Shown: piece by piece, positions 1-12,735 of the stretch
Layout of the letters: every line of letters starts with the position of its first letter
Numbering within the stretch: position 1 is the stretch's first letter
Assembly (NCBI GenBank): GCA_038087875.1
Contig: JAXLNO010000546.1
Coordinates: 186,001-249,713, forward strand
Direction of reading: 5' to 3'
DNA from: Malacoraja senta
Lineage: Eukaryota
DNA length: 63,713 nt
The notes under the pieces: generated by a model
Told to the model about the DNA's origin: nothing
The model's input: only the letters and a program-made list of their open reading frames with translations
Databases searched by the model: none
Position numbers and translations under genes: made by a program

Positions 1-494
1 TATAAACCCAGAAGTGTGGGCGTGGCTCAGTCTCCGCAGGATGGGGAGGGAGAGGTCACCTTACTGACCTTGCACCCTGCTTGAAATGGTATGAAACTGC
101 TTTTGAATTAGGTGGACTTAGACCCTTTTTAAAATTGCATGAAACTGCTTTTGAATTTGGTGGCCTTGCACCCTGCTTGAAATGGTAGGAAACCTCATTT
201 GAACTTGGTGGCCTGCATTCTGCTTGAAATTGAATTTCTAGGAATAGCCGTTAGTCAACTCCCAGCCCACCAGGCTTGACTGACTGAGCTGCCAGCCAAC
301 GAATCCATTTGGCCCACAATGTCCATACTAGCCCTCTGGAAAAGCAGCCCACAACACCCATACCAGCGCTCCAGCAAGTCCTCCCCCCCACTGGCCACCA
401 ATATTGTAATTGGCGGAGAAGTGGAATTGGCGAAGCGTTGGGGGACCAGCCCTCCCGTGTGGACATGGGACCCAACGGATCCCACTTAGTCTTT
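1..494 (+). mobile_element. Non-autonomous Helitron, 3' part
   Basis: Hairpin gggaccc-aac-ggatccc at 467-483, followed by acttagtct and a degenerate CTAG end. Internal 48-bp repeats. Confidence 0.75.
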
Positions 495-1604
495 TATAAA
501 ATAAATGTGTACGCTGCGACAGAGTGAAGCATGGTGGACATTGATGGGTGGCAATATTTTATACGTCCACAATTGATGTGATAAGAAAATCAAGGTTATT
601 CTGCCATTCGATGGCGGCTGATCTATCTTTCGCATTCACTCGTTCTTCTGCCTTCTACCCATAACTCCTGTATCCGAACAATCAAAAATATATATCAATC
701 TGCGCCCTAAAAATATGAATTGACTTACAACCTTCTGTGACAATGAATTCCACATTCACCACCCTCCAACAAAAGACATTGGAGTTTCCTCCAAGCGCAT
801 TACATTTCAAGTGATCAGTCGTGACTCTCACTGTATTACTTGAGTGGTCAAGATTAGAGGTCATCAGTAATAAACAATCTCGACAGCAGACAAAGAGAAT
901 TCAATCAGGGCCGTAGCAATTCAACGTATTTTTCAAAAGCTCAAACTCCGCGAAAGAAGTAGGCTGAAGAATGGATGCAGAGAAGATTTACGAGGATGTT
1001 GCCAGGACATGAAGGCCTGAGCTATGGGAAGAGGTAGTGCAAGCTGGGATTCTTGCTAGGAGCGCAGGGGAAAGCGAATTTGTCTTTTTGGTGTGTACAA
1101 AACAAAGGATTAAGGAGAGGTAGGAAAGGTTTAATGGGAACCTGAGGGATAACGTTTCACGCAAATGTTGGTTGGTCTATGGAAAAAGTTGCCAGAGAAG
1201 ATCGTTGAGGCAGGTGAAATGGCAAAGTTTAAGAAATATTTACACAGGTACAAGGATAGAACATGTTTCGTGGGATATGGGCCAAATGCAGTTAGGTGGG
1301 ACGAGTGTAGCGGGCCATATTGGCCGATCTAGGCAGTTGGGCCATATAGCCTATATCCATGAGGGAATACTCAATGACTATGATTCCATAGCTCTAATCA
1401 TTTAAGGGAAGATGGTCGAACCTCATAGAGAGTGCACTGAACTCCTGGAACTCAGCGAAGACACATGCGACCAATCCCAAGGGGAACGGATAGCGGATGA
1501 TACAGATAGTGCTTTGACCAACTGTGTGAGTGTGTGTTTGTGCGTCCATGTGCGTGTGTGTTTATGGGCAGGGGTATCTCGAGCCGTGCATGTCATCTTT
1601 TCAG

Positions 1605-1797
1605 TAATATTCATTTCCGATGGGGTGGCTGAGGAAATAACGTTTCATTCAGTGCAGAAAATGGACAGTCGACGTTTCGAAATGAAGAATGATTGTAATT
1701 TTAGACCACTATTCCTTCGCCGTTATTCCTTCGCTGTATTTACTCGTTGTTTTTTGTTAATTTGCCCGATTTTCTCCATAAATGGAAAAATAAATGG
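1605..1797 (+). pseudogene. Exon-like segment, possible second CNBD. Paralogs: ~12298-12487, ~43963-44175, ~56016-56208(-)
   Basis: Acceptor tcatcttttcag, donor gg|gtgagc. Reads IFISDGVAEEITF, reminiscent of the CNBD MYFIxxGxV motif. Confidence 0.38.
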
Positions 1798-1909
1798 GTG
1801 AGCAAATGCAATGACGAATCTGTTCGTCAACGTGTCTGTTCATCTGGAGAAAGTCCAATTATCGAGCTGTGATGGGAATAAGTATGTGTGTTCTCATTCT
1901 TTACAACAG

Positions 1910-1932
1910 GGGTCAACGACAGAAGAGTCTAC
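1910..1932 (+). other. Micro-exon-like segment (21-23 nt). Paralogs: 12601-12621, 44289-44309, ~55881-55903(-)
   Basis: ttctcattctttacaacag|GGGTCAACGACAGAAGAGTCTAC|gtgagt, with the donor retained in all four copies. Confidence 0.4.
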
Positions 1933-2719
1933 GTGAGTGCAGGCAGTTTTCTTATTAATTGGATCTGCAAACACATATATCAGTGTTGCAGAATAAAGAA
2001 GACTGGGAATGGTAACAAGATATTGATCAGTTCCAGACCCAGCCGAAAATGTTGGTGGATTTACAGTAAAAGGAGCAGGTGTGAAGCAAAGATATAAAAT
2101 GTTCAGGGGAAGGACAGAGACACTTAACAAGCATTTAATAAGACACTTAATGAGACACATAACAAGCATTGCTGCAAAGCCTAATGATACGATTTAACAC
2201 AAGGGCTTCATTAACGTAGCAACATATGTAGATAGAGTGGGAAAACTGGCATATAGAGTGATAGTGTGGAAACAGGCCCTTCGGACAAACTCGCCCACAC
2301 TGGCTAACTGTGTTCCAGCTACACTAGTCCAACTAGCGTGCGCTTGGTTCATATCCCTCCAAACCTGTCATATCCATGAACTTGTTTAACTGTTTCTTAA
2401 ACCATGAGATAATCCGAGCCTCACCTACCTCCTCTGGCATTTTGTTCCATATAACCACCACCCTTTGTGTGACGAAGTCACCGGATTACTTTTAAATCTT
2501 TTTTTCTTCACCTGTAACCTATGTCCTCTGGCTCTCGATTCCCCCCTACTCTCGGCAAGATACAGTGCATCTAAACGATCTATCCATCTCATGATTTTGT
2601 ATTCCTCTGTAAGAACTCCCTTCATCCATCCATGGAATAGAGACCTAGCCTACTCTAATAAATTCACACTTCTTTGTATATAGTTTACTTTTTTTAATCA
2701 GTCTGAGTTTTTAATATGT

Positions 2720-2807
2720 TTAAGAAGGAGCTGCAGATGCTGGAAAGTCGAAGGTAGACAAAAATGCTGGAGAAACTCAGTGGGTGAGGCAGCATCTATG
2801 GAGCGAA
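2720..2807. mobile_element. Penelope-like terminal repeat fragment (copies ~45083-45170, ~55008-55095)
   Basis: cagatgctgg...acaaaaatgctggagaaactcag...gcagcatct, reverse-complementary in part to 37500-37545. Confidence 0.6.
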
Positions 2808-4289
2808 TTTTTAATTTAATTTTTAATGGTTTTTAATATACTTATCAGAAAGAGATGTTGCAGTTGTATTCCATTTATATTAGGCTCCACTTGGGATTTG
2901 CGTGCAGTACTGCTCAGTCAATTGTTGATAGGATTTGTACTTTATAATGAGTTTGGCACAAGACGTTTGCAAATGTGCTGCTTCGATTGAGGATATGGAC
3001 CGTTTGAAAAAAATGAACACTTGGATTGTATTCTCTCCTGCTGAGAAAGTGTGGGAGGCCTGTCCTTTGCTTCCAAAATTCTGAAAGGTACAGTTCGCAA
3101 TAATGATACGTCAACTATTATAAGACGTAGGATTGAAGTCCGAGGGCAGAAACTTTAAATTACATGTGCTGGGCGCGGCCTATACACAGAGTGTGTTATC
3201 TATCTGGAACGCTACGCCAAGGCCAATGGCGAAACAAGACGAGATGGCTGCGCTTTGGGGATGGGCCTCTGGAATGGGTTGACAAGAATCACCTGCATGC
3301 CCAAGTGATTTTTTTAATAAGGCATGATGTTTGACAAAGCTGTCTTGGGCCGTAGGGCCTTATCTTGTGCTGTATTATTCTCTACCCCATACTTAAACAG
3401 GCGGATCAGTGGTTGGGCTAAACAACAATGGAGGAAGTATATTATGAGGAAGTGTGTAGTCTTCCAGTTCTTCAGAAAATATATTGACGTCGGAGAAGGA
3501 GTTCGTAGATCATGAGGAACATGATATTTGCGAGTGGCTGCGAACGCAAATTGATTGTGACTTTTCAGATAAAGGAACATTTGTTTTGATCGCACGCGAA
3601 TCGTGCGAAACTTCAGATTTCTATGCTTCTTGTCAAATATATTTGCATTTAGTTACCGAGATTATCCAAATGGTAATATATTTGCCCAGTGAATTAATAG
3701 TTGTGTATGTAGGTGAGACAATACGTTAAAAAAAAGAAAATCGAACATTGATCGGATATGTTAAAGGGATTTGGACTAAACGTGAGAAATTGCAACGTTG
3801 TGCGCCTTACCTGGTTCCCACCCTGGTATCCCACCACTTTAAACTCTCGACTAGAATTTGCCTAAATGCTTCCGAGAATAACAAGACGTTCAGCAGATCT
3901 ATCACACAATTGAGCAAGTCAGCCTGCCCTGGAAGTTTGAATCGCACTGAATGCTGGGATCGATGAGGGTCCATTGCTGTTTGTGTCTTGGGTAAGAATG
4001 TACAAGGCTTGATAAGTAAGTTTATCGATATTTATGGCAGCCGAGGAATTGCTACAGATGTTTAATCCAGTACAATGTGACATGTTGCATTTTCGGAAGT
4101 CAAACCAAGACAAAAATTTCACAATGCATGGTCTACCGAGTAATGTAGCAGTAAACATGCCCGTTTTCTTACAAAGTGGAAATTCGTTGGTCCACAAATT
4201 CTGTACCTGAAGCTATTAATGTGGCATGCATTTAGCAAACCTGTACCTGCAATTGCCTCCATTTTGTAACTGTCCCCGGATCCTGCTAT

Positions 4290-4990
4290 TCCACCGGGTG
4301 GCGCCGCGAGCGGAAGCCTCGCCAGCAGCCGTTTGTGCTTTGGACTATTTTTTTTTTGTGTGTCTAAAATGTATGTTTTAATGTTTCTCGGTATGTGGTA
4401 TGTGGGGAGGGGGGAGATCGGGGGATAGCTTTATCAGTCACTTACCTCGAGGAAGATGATTCTTTTCTGTGTGTCGCATCTTCGCCCACCTCGCGGCCTA
4501 ACAACTGGATAGGTGTGGCCTTGCCCGGACACCGGCCTGGAGCCGCTGACGCGGTGCGGACTTCAACATCGCGGAGCTGCGATCATTTGCCGAGGATAAC
4601 CGATGTTGGAGCTCTGAGCGCACCCGTTGGCTTTAACACCATGAAGCAGCGGTCTCCGGTAGGAAGCGGCCGATTCGGGAACTCCAGGCCGCGGTGTGTT
4701 CCGATCCATCCCGACGTCGCAGTTTCGATCATCCCGACTAGAGGGCTTGAACATCGGACCATCCACAACGGCAAGTGCGTAGGGTTCAATGCCCCGACCA
4801 CGGGTGAACAAAGGAGGAAGATGACTGAACTTTATTGCCTTCCAACACAGTAAGGTTGCTAATTACACTGTGGTGGATGTTTATGTTAAAGTTATTGTGT
4901 ATTGTGTTATTTTAATTTGTGTGGGTGTGTCGTAACTCAAATATCACTGAATCTTAATTTGTGCATGTGACAATAAATGTGAACTGAACA
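4290..4990 (+). mobile_element. GC-rich non-autonomous retroposon (SINE-like, Rex1-type tail). Copies: 46758-47468(+), 52768-53468(-)
   Basis: Starts ccaccgggtggcgcc and ends catgtgacaataaa(tgaac)n, like the Rex1 tail at ~26680. Absent from the older paralog at ~29860. Confidence 0.75.
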
Positions 4991-6139
4991 TTGTTCACTG
5001 TGAAGGTACTGCTCTGGTTTCTATCCCAAAATGCAACAACTCTCATTTAGTTGCATTAAACTCTATTGAACATTATTCAACTCACAAGCCGAACACTCTT
5101 CTATTTTCTGCACAAGTACTAATCCTGCTATTGACATTCTCATCCATATTGTGGATATAAACCACACGCAGCAATGGGCGTAGCACCAAGACCTAAGGCA
5201 CACCACGACTCACAAGCTTCCAGCCCGAAAAACAAGCGTCCGCCACCTCCCTCTGCTTCCATCTATGAGAACAATTCTTTATCGATTCGGCTAGCTCTTC
5301 CATATCGTCCATAGCAGCTTCCCATGCTTGATTGAGGTGGTGCATTTTCGAATGTTTATTACCGGTACAACGAGGGTATTGAGCATTAAATTGTCTACGG
5401 TCTTAATTCCATATTTTCCGTTGGACAGACAGTCAGTTGGATAATTGTAGTGAGAAGGCATGCCCACACTAGGCAGGCTGAAGCTATATAATTTTAGTTA
5501 ACCCCTGCAGCTGTGGTTCTGGTATAAATCTAGCGACCATAGATTGGAGCGAGGAGCAGTAGATCAGAATGGCTGCAGATGATTTGCTAATAACTGAACA
5601 TATTCTCTGTTGACCAGCAAATACATGATGGGTGGAAATGCATATTTCTGTTGTGCCAGATGCAATGATTCTTATCATATCGCTTATCAATATCTGTTTT
5701 ATCCTTTCTTATAGGGTATACCCGCCCTGTGCCGGTCACTTCTGCATTTATTATCTGACGCATGTTTGCCGATTATTCAGCTGCAGGTAAGGGTTTTCAT
5801 GCACTATGATTAGCTGCCTTAGTCGTTAATACACATGTTTTCATTATGTTTGATTCATTTCTGCTCACGCATGCATACAAAATGAGATCGTTCTGTTCTT
5901 CACTTTTCACTCACTTCAAGTTCGGTGTCATGCCAAAATGTGATGTCTCTACCGCCAGGCACTGTTAACAGATAACCCGTTCTCTGTATCATGAGACAGA
6001 GACACCTTGCTGTCGGAAAAGATGAGAAGTAGGGCGATACTTATATTAATATGTTCCGTATATTAGTTATATTCTGTGGAACGCCGTATGTTACTCAAAC
6101 TTCACATGTTCATAGCACCAGTCATATTTAACAGATAAC

Positions 6140-6680
6140 GCGTTCTTTTGGGACGTCATACAAGGGCAGGACCTGCACAGTGAATGGTAGGGCTCCGGGG
6201 AGTTGGTAGATCAGAGGGCCCCAGAAATGCAGGTGCATGGTTCCTTGACGGTTGTCACAGGTGGATATAGTGGCAAAAAAGGCTTTCGGCACATTGGCCT
6301 TTATCAGTCAGAGTATTGAATATAGAAATTGGGAGGTCATGTTGCAGTTGTATAAGGCGTTGTTGAGACCGTATTTGGAATATTTTGTTCAGTTCTGGGC
6401 AACAAGTTATAAGAAAGATATTGTCAAGTTTGAAATGTTCAGAAAGGATTTACGAGGATGTTGCCAGCACTAGAGGGTGTCAGCTATTGGGAGAGGTTGA
6501 GTAGGCTGGGTGGCTATTCCATGGAGCGTTGGAGGATGAGAGGAGATCTTATGGAGGTATACAACATCATGATCGGGTAGATGCACAGCATTTTACCCAG
6601 AGTATGGGAATCAAGGACCAGAGAACATAGGTTCAAGGCGAAGGGGAAAATATATAATAGGAATCTGAGTGGTAACACTT
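6140..6680 (+). mobile_element. CR1 3' fragment (paralogs 48630-49390 +, 51078-51618 -)
   Basis: KKAFGTLAFISQSIEYR...RPYLEYFVQFW. Confidence 0.92.
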
Positions 6681-8159
6681 TCGTGAACCGTACCATACGG
6701 CGTTCCGTGGAATATAACGAATGTCCTACGGAATGCATTAATATAAGTATCTCTCTCTCTCACAGTCTCTCTTATTCTTTGTGATAGACAACAGTGTGTG
6801 TCTCATTATACAGAGAACGCGTTATCTGTTAACTATGATTGGCGTTATGCACATGTGAGTCTTGAGAAGAATACAGCGTTCCATAGGATATAGCTAATGT
6901 TCTACGGAACCCATTAATATAAATATCGATCTCCCTCTGATCCCTTGTGGCAGCCAAGTGGCTTGTCTCATTATACAGAAAACGGTTTATCTGTTAACCA
7001 TGACTGCCGCTATAGACATCATCAGAATTTTCCATGACACCGATTTCGAAGTGAGTGGAAAGTGAGGAGCAGGTTACGTACAGCAAACCTGGTCGCAAAG
7101 TGTGTATTGATGACCAGAGACTAAGGCGGCCGATCAGAGTGTCATAACGTTATAAGATCATAAGGAATAGGAGTAGAATTAGCTCATTTGGTCCTTCAAA
7201 TGTTCTCCGCCATTTAAACACGGGTCGTCTATCTCTCCCCCTAACCCCATTCTCTTGCGTTATTCCCATAATCGTTGACTCCGGTACTAATCACGAATCT
7301 ATATATCTCTGCCTTCAAAATATCCACTGACTTGGCCTTCACGGCCTTTTGTGGCAAATAATTCGATAGCTTCACCACCGTTATGAAAACAGTTACCTGG
7401 GGCAGACTGATCAGCAAGCATGCGTCAGAGAGCCAAGGCGGAAGATAGTTGCACATTCGACTCCGCTCCAGAGAAAACGTTAAAATATATCAAAACTCTC
7501 CTCAAAGTCATATCCTGCAATCAAAGTGGCAATCTTGTAAACGTCTTCTGCCACATTCAATTACACCTCAAAATCCTTCCAGCAATTGACAGAGCAGTAC
7601 TGCACGCAATACTCCCTGCGGCCTGACATAAATGGAATACAACTGCAACATCAATTTCAAATAATGTTATTAAATACCCCGACAGATAAAGGAACGTAGA
7701 CCATATGCCAGTTTTATCTTTAAGTGTTGAAAACTTTAGGAAGCCCTTGAGTTAGATAGAGTCAGTCCACCAGGCTTCAATGCTGTTAGGTTTCTTCTCA
7801 TTAACTGCATAATTTCCCGTAGCATGTCATCTCTTCGCTTCACAACCGCTCCTTATATTGTAATTCCATCCACCATTTCCCGTTGGTATCTGGAACTTAC
7901 CAACATCTTCTTTGCATTCCAAGCCCGTACGAACCTTTTAAAAATGGGGGGGGGGGGGGCATGACAGGATTACAAGAAATTTAATGTGAAATAATGTGCG
8001 CGTTGCGCACATCACAAGCGCGAAGCGTGAAGTCACTCGATGCCGGGGCCCAGGGCCCGCTTAAGGGCCCTGGAAGCTCAGGGGTTTCAGATGCTCTCTG
8101 ATGCATTATGAGCCTTATTTTGGAGCATTTTTGCATCAAATTTATGACCAATATTCCAG

Positions 8160-9455
8160 AAATGAACAGGAATCTGAGAGGTTGCTTTTTCACAAAAAGG
8201 GTGGTGGTTGTATGGAACAAGCTTCCAGAGGAGGTAGTTAAGGCTGGGTCTATCCTACTGTTTAAGAGACATTTGGACACGTACATGGATAGGACCGATT
8301 TAGATGGGTATGGGCCAAACGCGTGTGAGTGGGAATAGTTTAGAGGGTGGTGAACTGTGGAATTCATTGCCACACTCAGCTGTGGAGGTCGTCAATGGAC
8401 ATTTTTCAGGTGAAGATTGATAGATTCTTGATTAATACGGGTGTCAGAGGTAATGGGGAGAAGGCAGGAGAATGGGTTTGAGAGGGAAAGATAGAAAGTC
8501 ATAAAGTGATACAGTGTGGAAACAGGCCCGTCGGCCCAGTGTGTCCCATCTACACTAGTCCCACCTGCCCACGTTTGATCCATATCCCTCCGAACCAGTC
8601 CTATCCATGTACCTGTCTAACTGTTTATTACATTTTGCGATAGTCCCTGCCACAACTAACTACTCTGGCAGCTTGTTCCATACACCGACCACCCTATGTG
8701 TGAAAAATATACCCCTCAGATTCCTATTAAATCTTTTGCCCTTCACCTTAAATTTATGTTATCTGCTCCTCGATTCACCTACTCTGGGAAAAGACTCAAC
8801 CATATCTATTCAAATCATGATTTTGTACACCTCTGTTAGATCATTCCTCATCCTCCTATGCTCCATGAAATAGAGTCCCAGCCTACTCAACCTCTCCCTA
8901 TAGCGCTGGCCCTGCAGCCCTGCAACATCCTCATAAATCTTCACTGTACCCTTTCCAGTTTGATGACATCTTTCCTATAACATGGTGCCCAGAACTGAAT
9001 ACAATACTCTGAATGCGGCCTCACCAACTTACTATGCAACTGCAACATGACGTCCCAACTTCTATACTCAGACTGACCCGCTGAGTTACTCCAGCACTCT
9101 GTGAAACGTCACAGAACAGGGCAAGATTAGCAAGTTTGCTGATGATACAGAAGTGAGTGGATTTGCAAATAGTGCAGATGGTTGTGAATGATTGCAACAG
9201 GATCTGGATCAATTAGCCAGGTGGGAAGAGGAATGGTTGATGGTTGCATGGTTCCTTGAAGGTCGAGTTGCAGGTATATCAGGTGGTCAAAAAGTATTTT
9301 GGCACTTTCGCCTTCATCATTCAGAGTATTGAGTATAGAAGTTGGGAGGTCATGTTGCAGTTGTATAAGACGTTGATGAGACCGCATTTAGAATATTGTG
9401 TTCAGTTCTGGGCACCATGTTATAGGTAGATGTCAAACTGAAAAAAGTACAGAGA
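8160..9455. mobile_element. Cluster of CR1 fragments in both orientations
   Basis: FFTKRVVVVWNKLPEEVV (8108 ORF) and [17 protein letters not shown] (9244 ORF), with a - strand CR1 3' region at ~8490-9070. Confidence 0.88.
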
Positions 9456-10585
9456 TCCCCATCCTGGATCAGTCCAATCAGGGTTGTGTCGTCCGCAAAC
9501 TTGAGAAGCTTGACAGAGGTGTCTGTGGAGGTGTGGCGAGAGTAGAGGAGATGGGGGAGTAAGCATCTTGCGGTGCTCCTATGCTGAGCGTCTGCGGTTT
9601 CGAGATATGCTTTCCCGTCTCACATGCTGCTTCCTGTCTGTCAGAAAGCTGGTGATCCACCGACAGAGGGGTTCGGGCACAGTCAACTCAGAAAGCTTGG
9701 AGTGTAGTAGCTGTGGCACAATGGTGTTGAATGCAGAGCAAAAATCAACAAACAAAATCCTCGCATTGGTCCCCTGGCGGTCTAGATGCTGGAGGGTGAA
9801 GTGCAGGCCCAGATTGACTGCGTCATCCACAGATCTATTGGCCCAATATGCAAAATGCAGAGGGTCCAGCAGGGGTGTGATATTTTCCAGCTTCGCCAGA
9901 ACAAGCCTTTCAAGAGCCTTCATTATTTTTTCAAAAATGTCTTCATGACTACAGAGGTCAGTGCTACAAGCCTGTAGTCATTAAGACCAGTCTTTGTTGT
10001 CCTTGCCTTTTTCGGTACACGGACAATAGTGGAGACTTTGAAGCAGGCAGCGACAGTACATCTTTGCAGGGACTGATTAAAGATGACTAATTGTGTGTGA
10101 AGTGGTGATTGGAGTGGGTTGGGTGTAGAAGGACCCAGTCTTTTTAGACTGTCAGGCTGTGAGTAGGTGTGAAGTGTTCGTTGGGGTGGGAAAGGGTCTA
10201 CTCTTTTCATACTGGAGTCTTACCTTAAGTAGGTGTGAAGTGGTGAATGGGAAGGATAGGGTGCAGGGTCATTTCTTTGAAGACTGGGGTCTGGCTGTGT
10301 TTGTTGGGGAGGGACTTTCAGGGTTATGTTTCTGATTTTTAAACCTGCAGTAAAACTCATTCAGGTCGTTCGTCACTTGACGATTGTCCAAAGAGCGGGG
10401 GGCTCTCCTCTTATAGCTGGTGATATCTTGCATGCCCTTCCAAACTGAAGAAGAGTCGCTAGCTGAGAATCTGCTCCTCAACTTCTCAGCGTAGCTTTCC
10501 TTGGCAGCTCTGATTCCTCTTCTCAGCTCTTTATCGATTAGGCTATCTATTAACTCTTTAACGATTAGGCTATCGGCCTGACGCA
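9455..10585 (-). mobile_element. Rex1/Babar LINE reverse transcriptase fragment
   Basis: [15 protein letters not shown] and LDPLHFAY..NRSVDDA...ARILFVDFCSAFNTI. Confidence 0.92.
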
Positions 10586-10974
10586 TATTTGCCCCCTCCT
10601 CAGCAGCAACATCATCAACGGACTGCTGCATTACTGCGGACAGATCCATGATAACTCTGAAAACATGCAGATTATTGTTATATTCAAATAAAATTAAAAT
10701 ATGCTGCAAAAAGAGTCACAAATTTTGGAATTCATATTTTCAGTATTATTATCAAGGCAAAGAAAGCAGTTCAAATTGTTTGATATTATTTGATATTATT
10801 CATGAGCAAAAAATATAATAGCTCTAAAACCTACCTCAATTTTACAATCACATTAAAGATATTCCCCCTTTCCCTCTCCCCTCCCCCATCTCTCTCCCCT
10901 TCCCTTCCCCTCTCTCTCTCTCCTTCTCCCCAATCTCACATCCCCCCTCTTTCTGGCGGGGGTGGGGGGGGTGC

Positions 10975-11135
10975 GAAAATGAAGGTGGCGTGGGCCCAGC
11001 GGGGGGGGGGGAAGGTGACTTGGGACAAGCGGGGGGCGGATGAAGGTGGCGTGAGGCAAGCGGGGGGTGAAGGTGGCGTGGGACAAGCGGGGGGGGGGGT
11101 GAAGGTGGCGTGGGACAAGCGGGGGTGGCGTGGGG
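10975..11135. repeat. ~30-bp G-rich minisatellite
   Basis: gaaggtggcgtgggacaagcggggggg repeated ~5 times. Confidence 0.9.
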
Positions 11136-11849
11136 TCAGCGTGGGCCGAAGATGGCTTGGGCCCAGGCGGTGGGAGGAGGCGAGGGCAGCGGGCCCCGCC
11201 GCAGCGACGTCTGTTTTTGGGGTTACAGCCGTTCCCGCCCGGCGACGGGAGGACTGTCTCCTGGTCGCCTGGCTGTCCGTTGGCGAGGCTCCGACGCCGC
11301 AGATGGAAACGCTGGACCGGGCGTGAGGGCGCACATAGCAACCCGCAGCCACCCCCCAATCCCCCCCCCCGACGCCGCGGATGGAAACGGTGGACCGGGC
11401 AAACCGCACCGCACCACCCCCCCCGACGGAAACGCTGGATCGGGCGGGCAGACACCGCACCCCCCCCCCTCCCACTACTTGCCTGGAGTAGACGCGAGGC
11501 ATCGAGCTCACTGGGTGAAGCACAAATGACAGTCTTATTCCACCGCGGGCCCACTGCGCACGCGCGGTGATACGACGTCATTTTGCGTCGCTTCTCCAAC
11601 TGCGCAGGCGCGGATGGGCGCATTTTTTTCTCCCCCAGCGGCCGGAACCAGAATTTCGGGCGATTTCCCACAAACTAGGAAATCCGATTAAAAAAATAAA
11701 TATTCTGGGGATTTTTTCTTACTCTGGGGGACAAAAGGTGGGTGCGGTCGCATCCAGCGCACCACCCCCCCCTTCGGACGGCCATGCATTCACAGTCTAT
11801 TTCAGTCTGCAACTCGATATATATATATTTCGAGATTCCTATCGGAAGT

Positions 11850-12735
11850 TTCACGCAAATGTTGCCAGAGAAGATTGTTACGGCAGGTAAAATGGCAAAG
11901 TTTAAGAAATATTTACACATGTACAAGGATAGAACATGTTTAGAGGGATATGGGCCACATGCAGTTAGGAGGGTCGAGTGTTGCGGGCCATATTGGCTGA
12001 TCTGGGCAGTTGGATCATATACCCTATATCCACGAGGAAATACTCAATGACTATGATTCCATAACACTAATTATTTAAGGGAAGATGGTCGAAATTCATA
12101 GAGAGCGCACTATGCTGAGCTCATGGAACTCAGCGAAGACACATGTGACCAATCCCAAAGGGAACGGATGGCGATTGATACAGATAGTGCCTCACACATG
12201 CATTCTTTGACCAACTGTGTTAGTGTGTGTTTGTGCGTCCATGTGCGTGTGTGTTTATGGGCAGGGGTATCTCGTGCCGTGCATGTCATCATTTCAGGAA
12301 TATTCATTTCCGATGGGGTTGCTGAGGAAATAACATTTGAATCAGTGCAGAAAATGGACAGTCGACGTTTCGAAATGAAGAATGCTTGTAATTTTAGACC
12401 ACTGAAATGCCATTATTCCTTCGCTGTTTTTACTCGTTGTTTTTGTTCATTTCCACGAGTTACTCCATAAATGGAAAAATAAATGGGTGAGCAAATGCAA
12501 TGACGAATCTGTTCGCCAACGTGTCTGTTCATCTGGAGAAAGCACAATTATCGAGCTGTGATGGGAATAAATATGGGAGTTCTCATTCTTTACAACGGAG
12601 GTCAACGACAGAAGAGACTACGTGAGTGCAGGCAGTTTTCTCATTGATTGGATCTGCAAACAAAAATATCCAAGTTGCAGATTGAAGAAGACTGGGAATG
12701 GTATCAAGTTATTGATCAGTTCCAGACCCAGCAAC
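11850..12735 (+). repeat. Partial copy of the duplicated unit (corresponds to ~1155-2040)
   Basis: ORF 12123..12470 parallels 1412..1801, and the start of 12622.. parallels 1888..2097. Confidence 0.92.

Larger units (their letters stand above)
1..7919 (+). repeat. Segmental duplication, arm A (inverted copy of ~49845-57825)
   Basis: Bases 1-10 (tataaaccca) are the reverse complement of 57816-57825. Mirrored near-identical ORFs: 682..864/56964..57146, 2914..3114/54701..54901, 6252..6473/51285..51506, 7241..7456/50302..50517. Confidence 0.97.
7920..11786. mobile_element. Non-autonomous TIR DNA transposon with 5-bp TSD (cattc), containing nested CR1 and Rex1 fragments
   Basis: Ends caagcccgtacgaa...ttcggacggccatg (11/14 inverted match). 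cattc at 7915-7919 and 11787-11791. Empty paralogous site at 49841-49845. Confidence 0.82.

Noticed and set aside
4395..4853. Recurring 70-170 aa ORFs (also at 46872, 52904, 38053)
   Set aside because: They lie within the GC-rich SINE-like repeat, and the frames are not conserved between copies.
10790..11671. Several long overlapping ORFs (up to 272 aa)
   Set aside because: GC-rich repetitive transposon end with few stops in any frame and no domain motifs.
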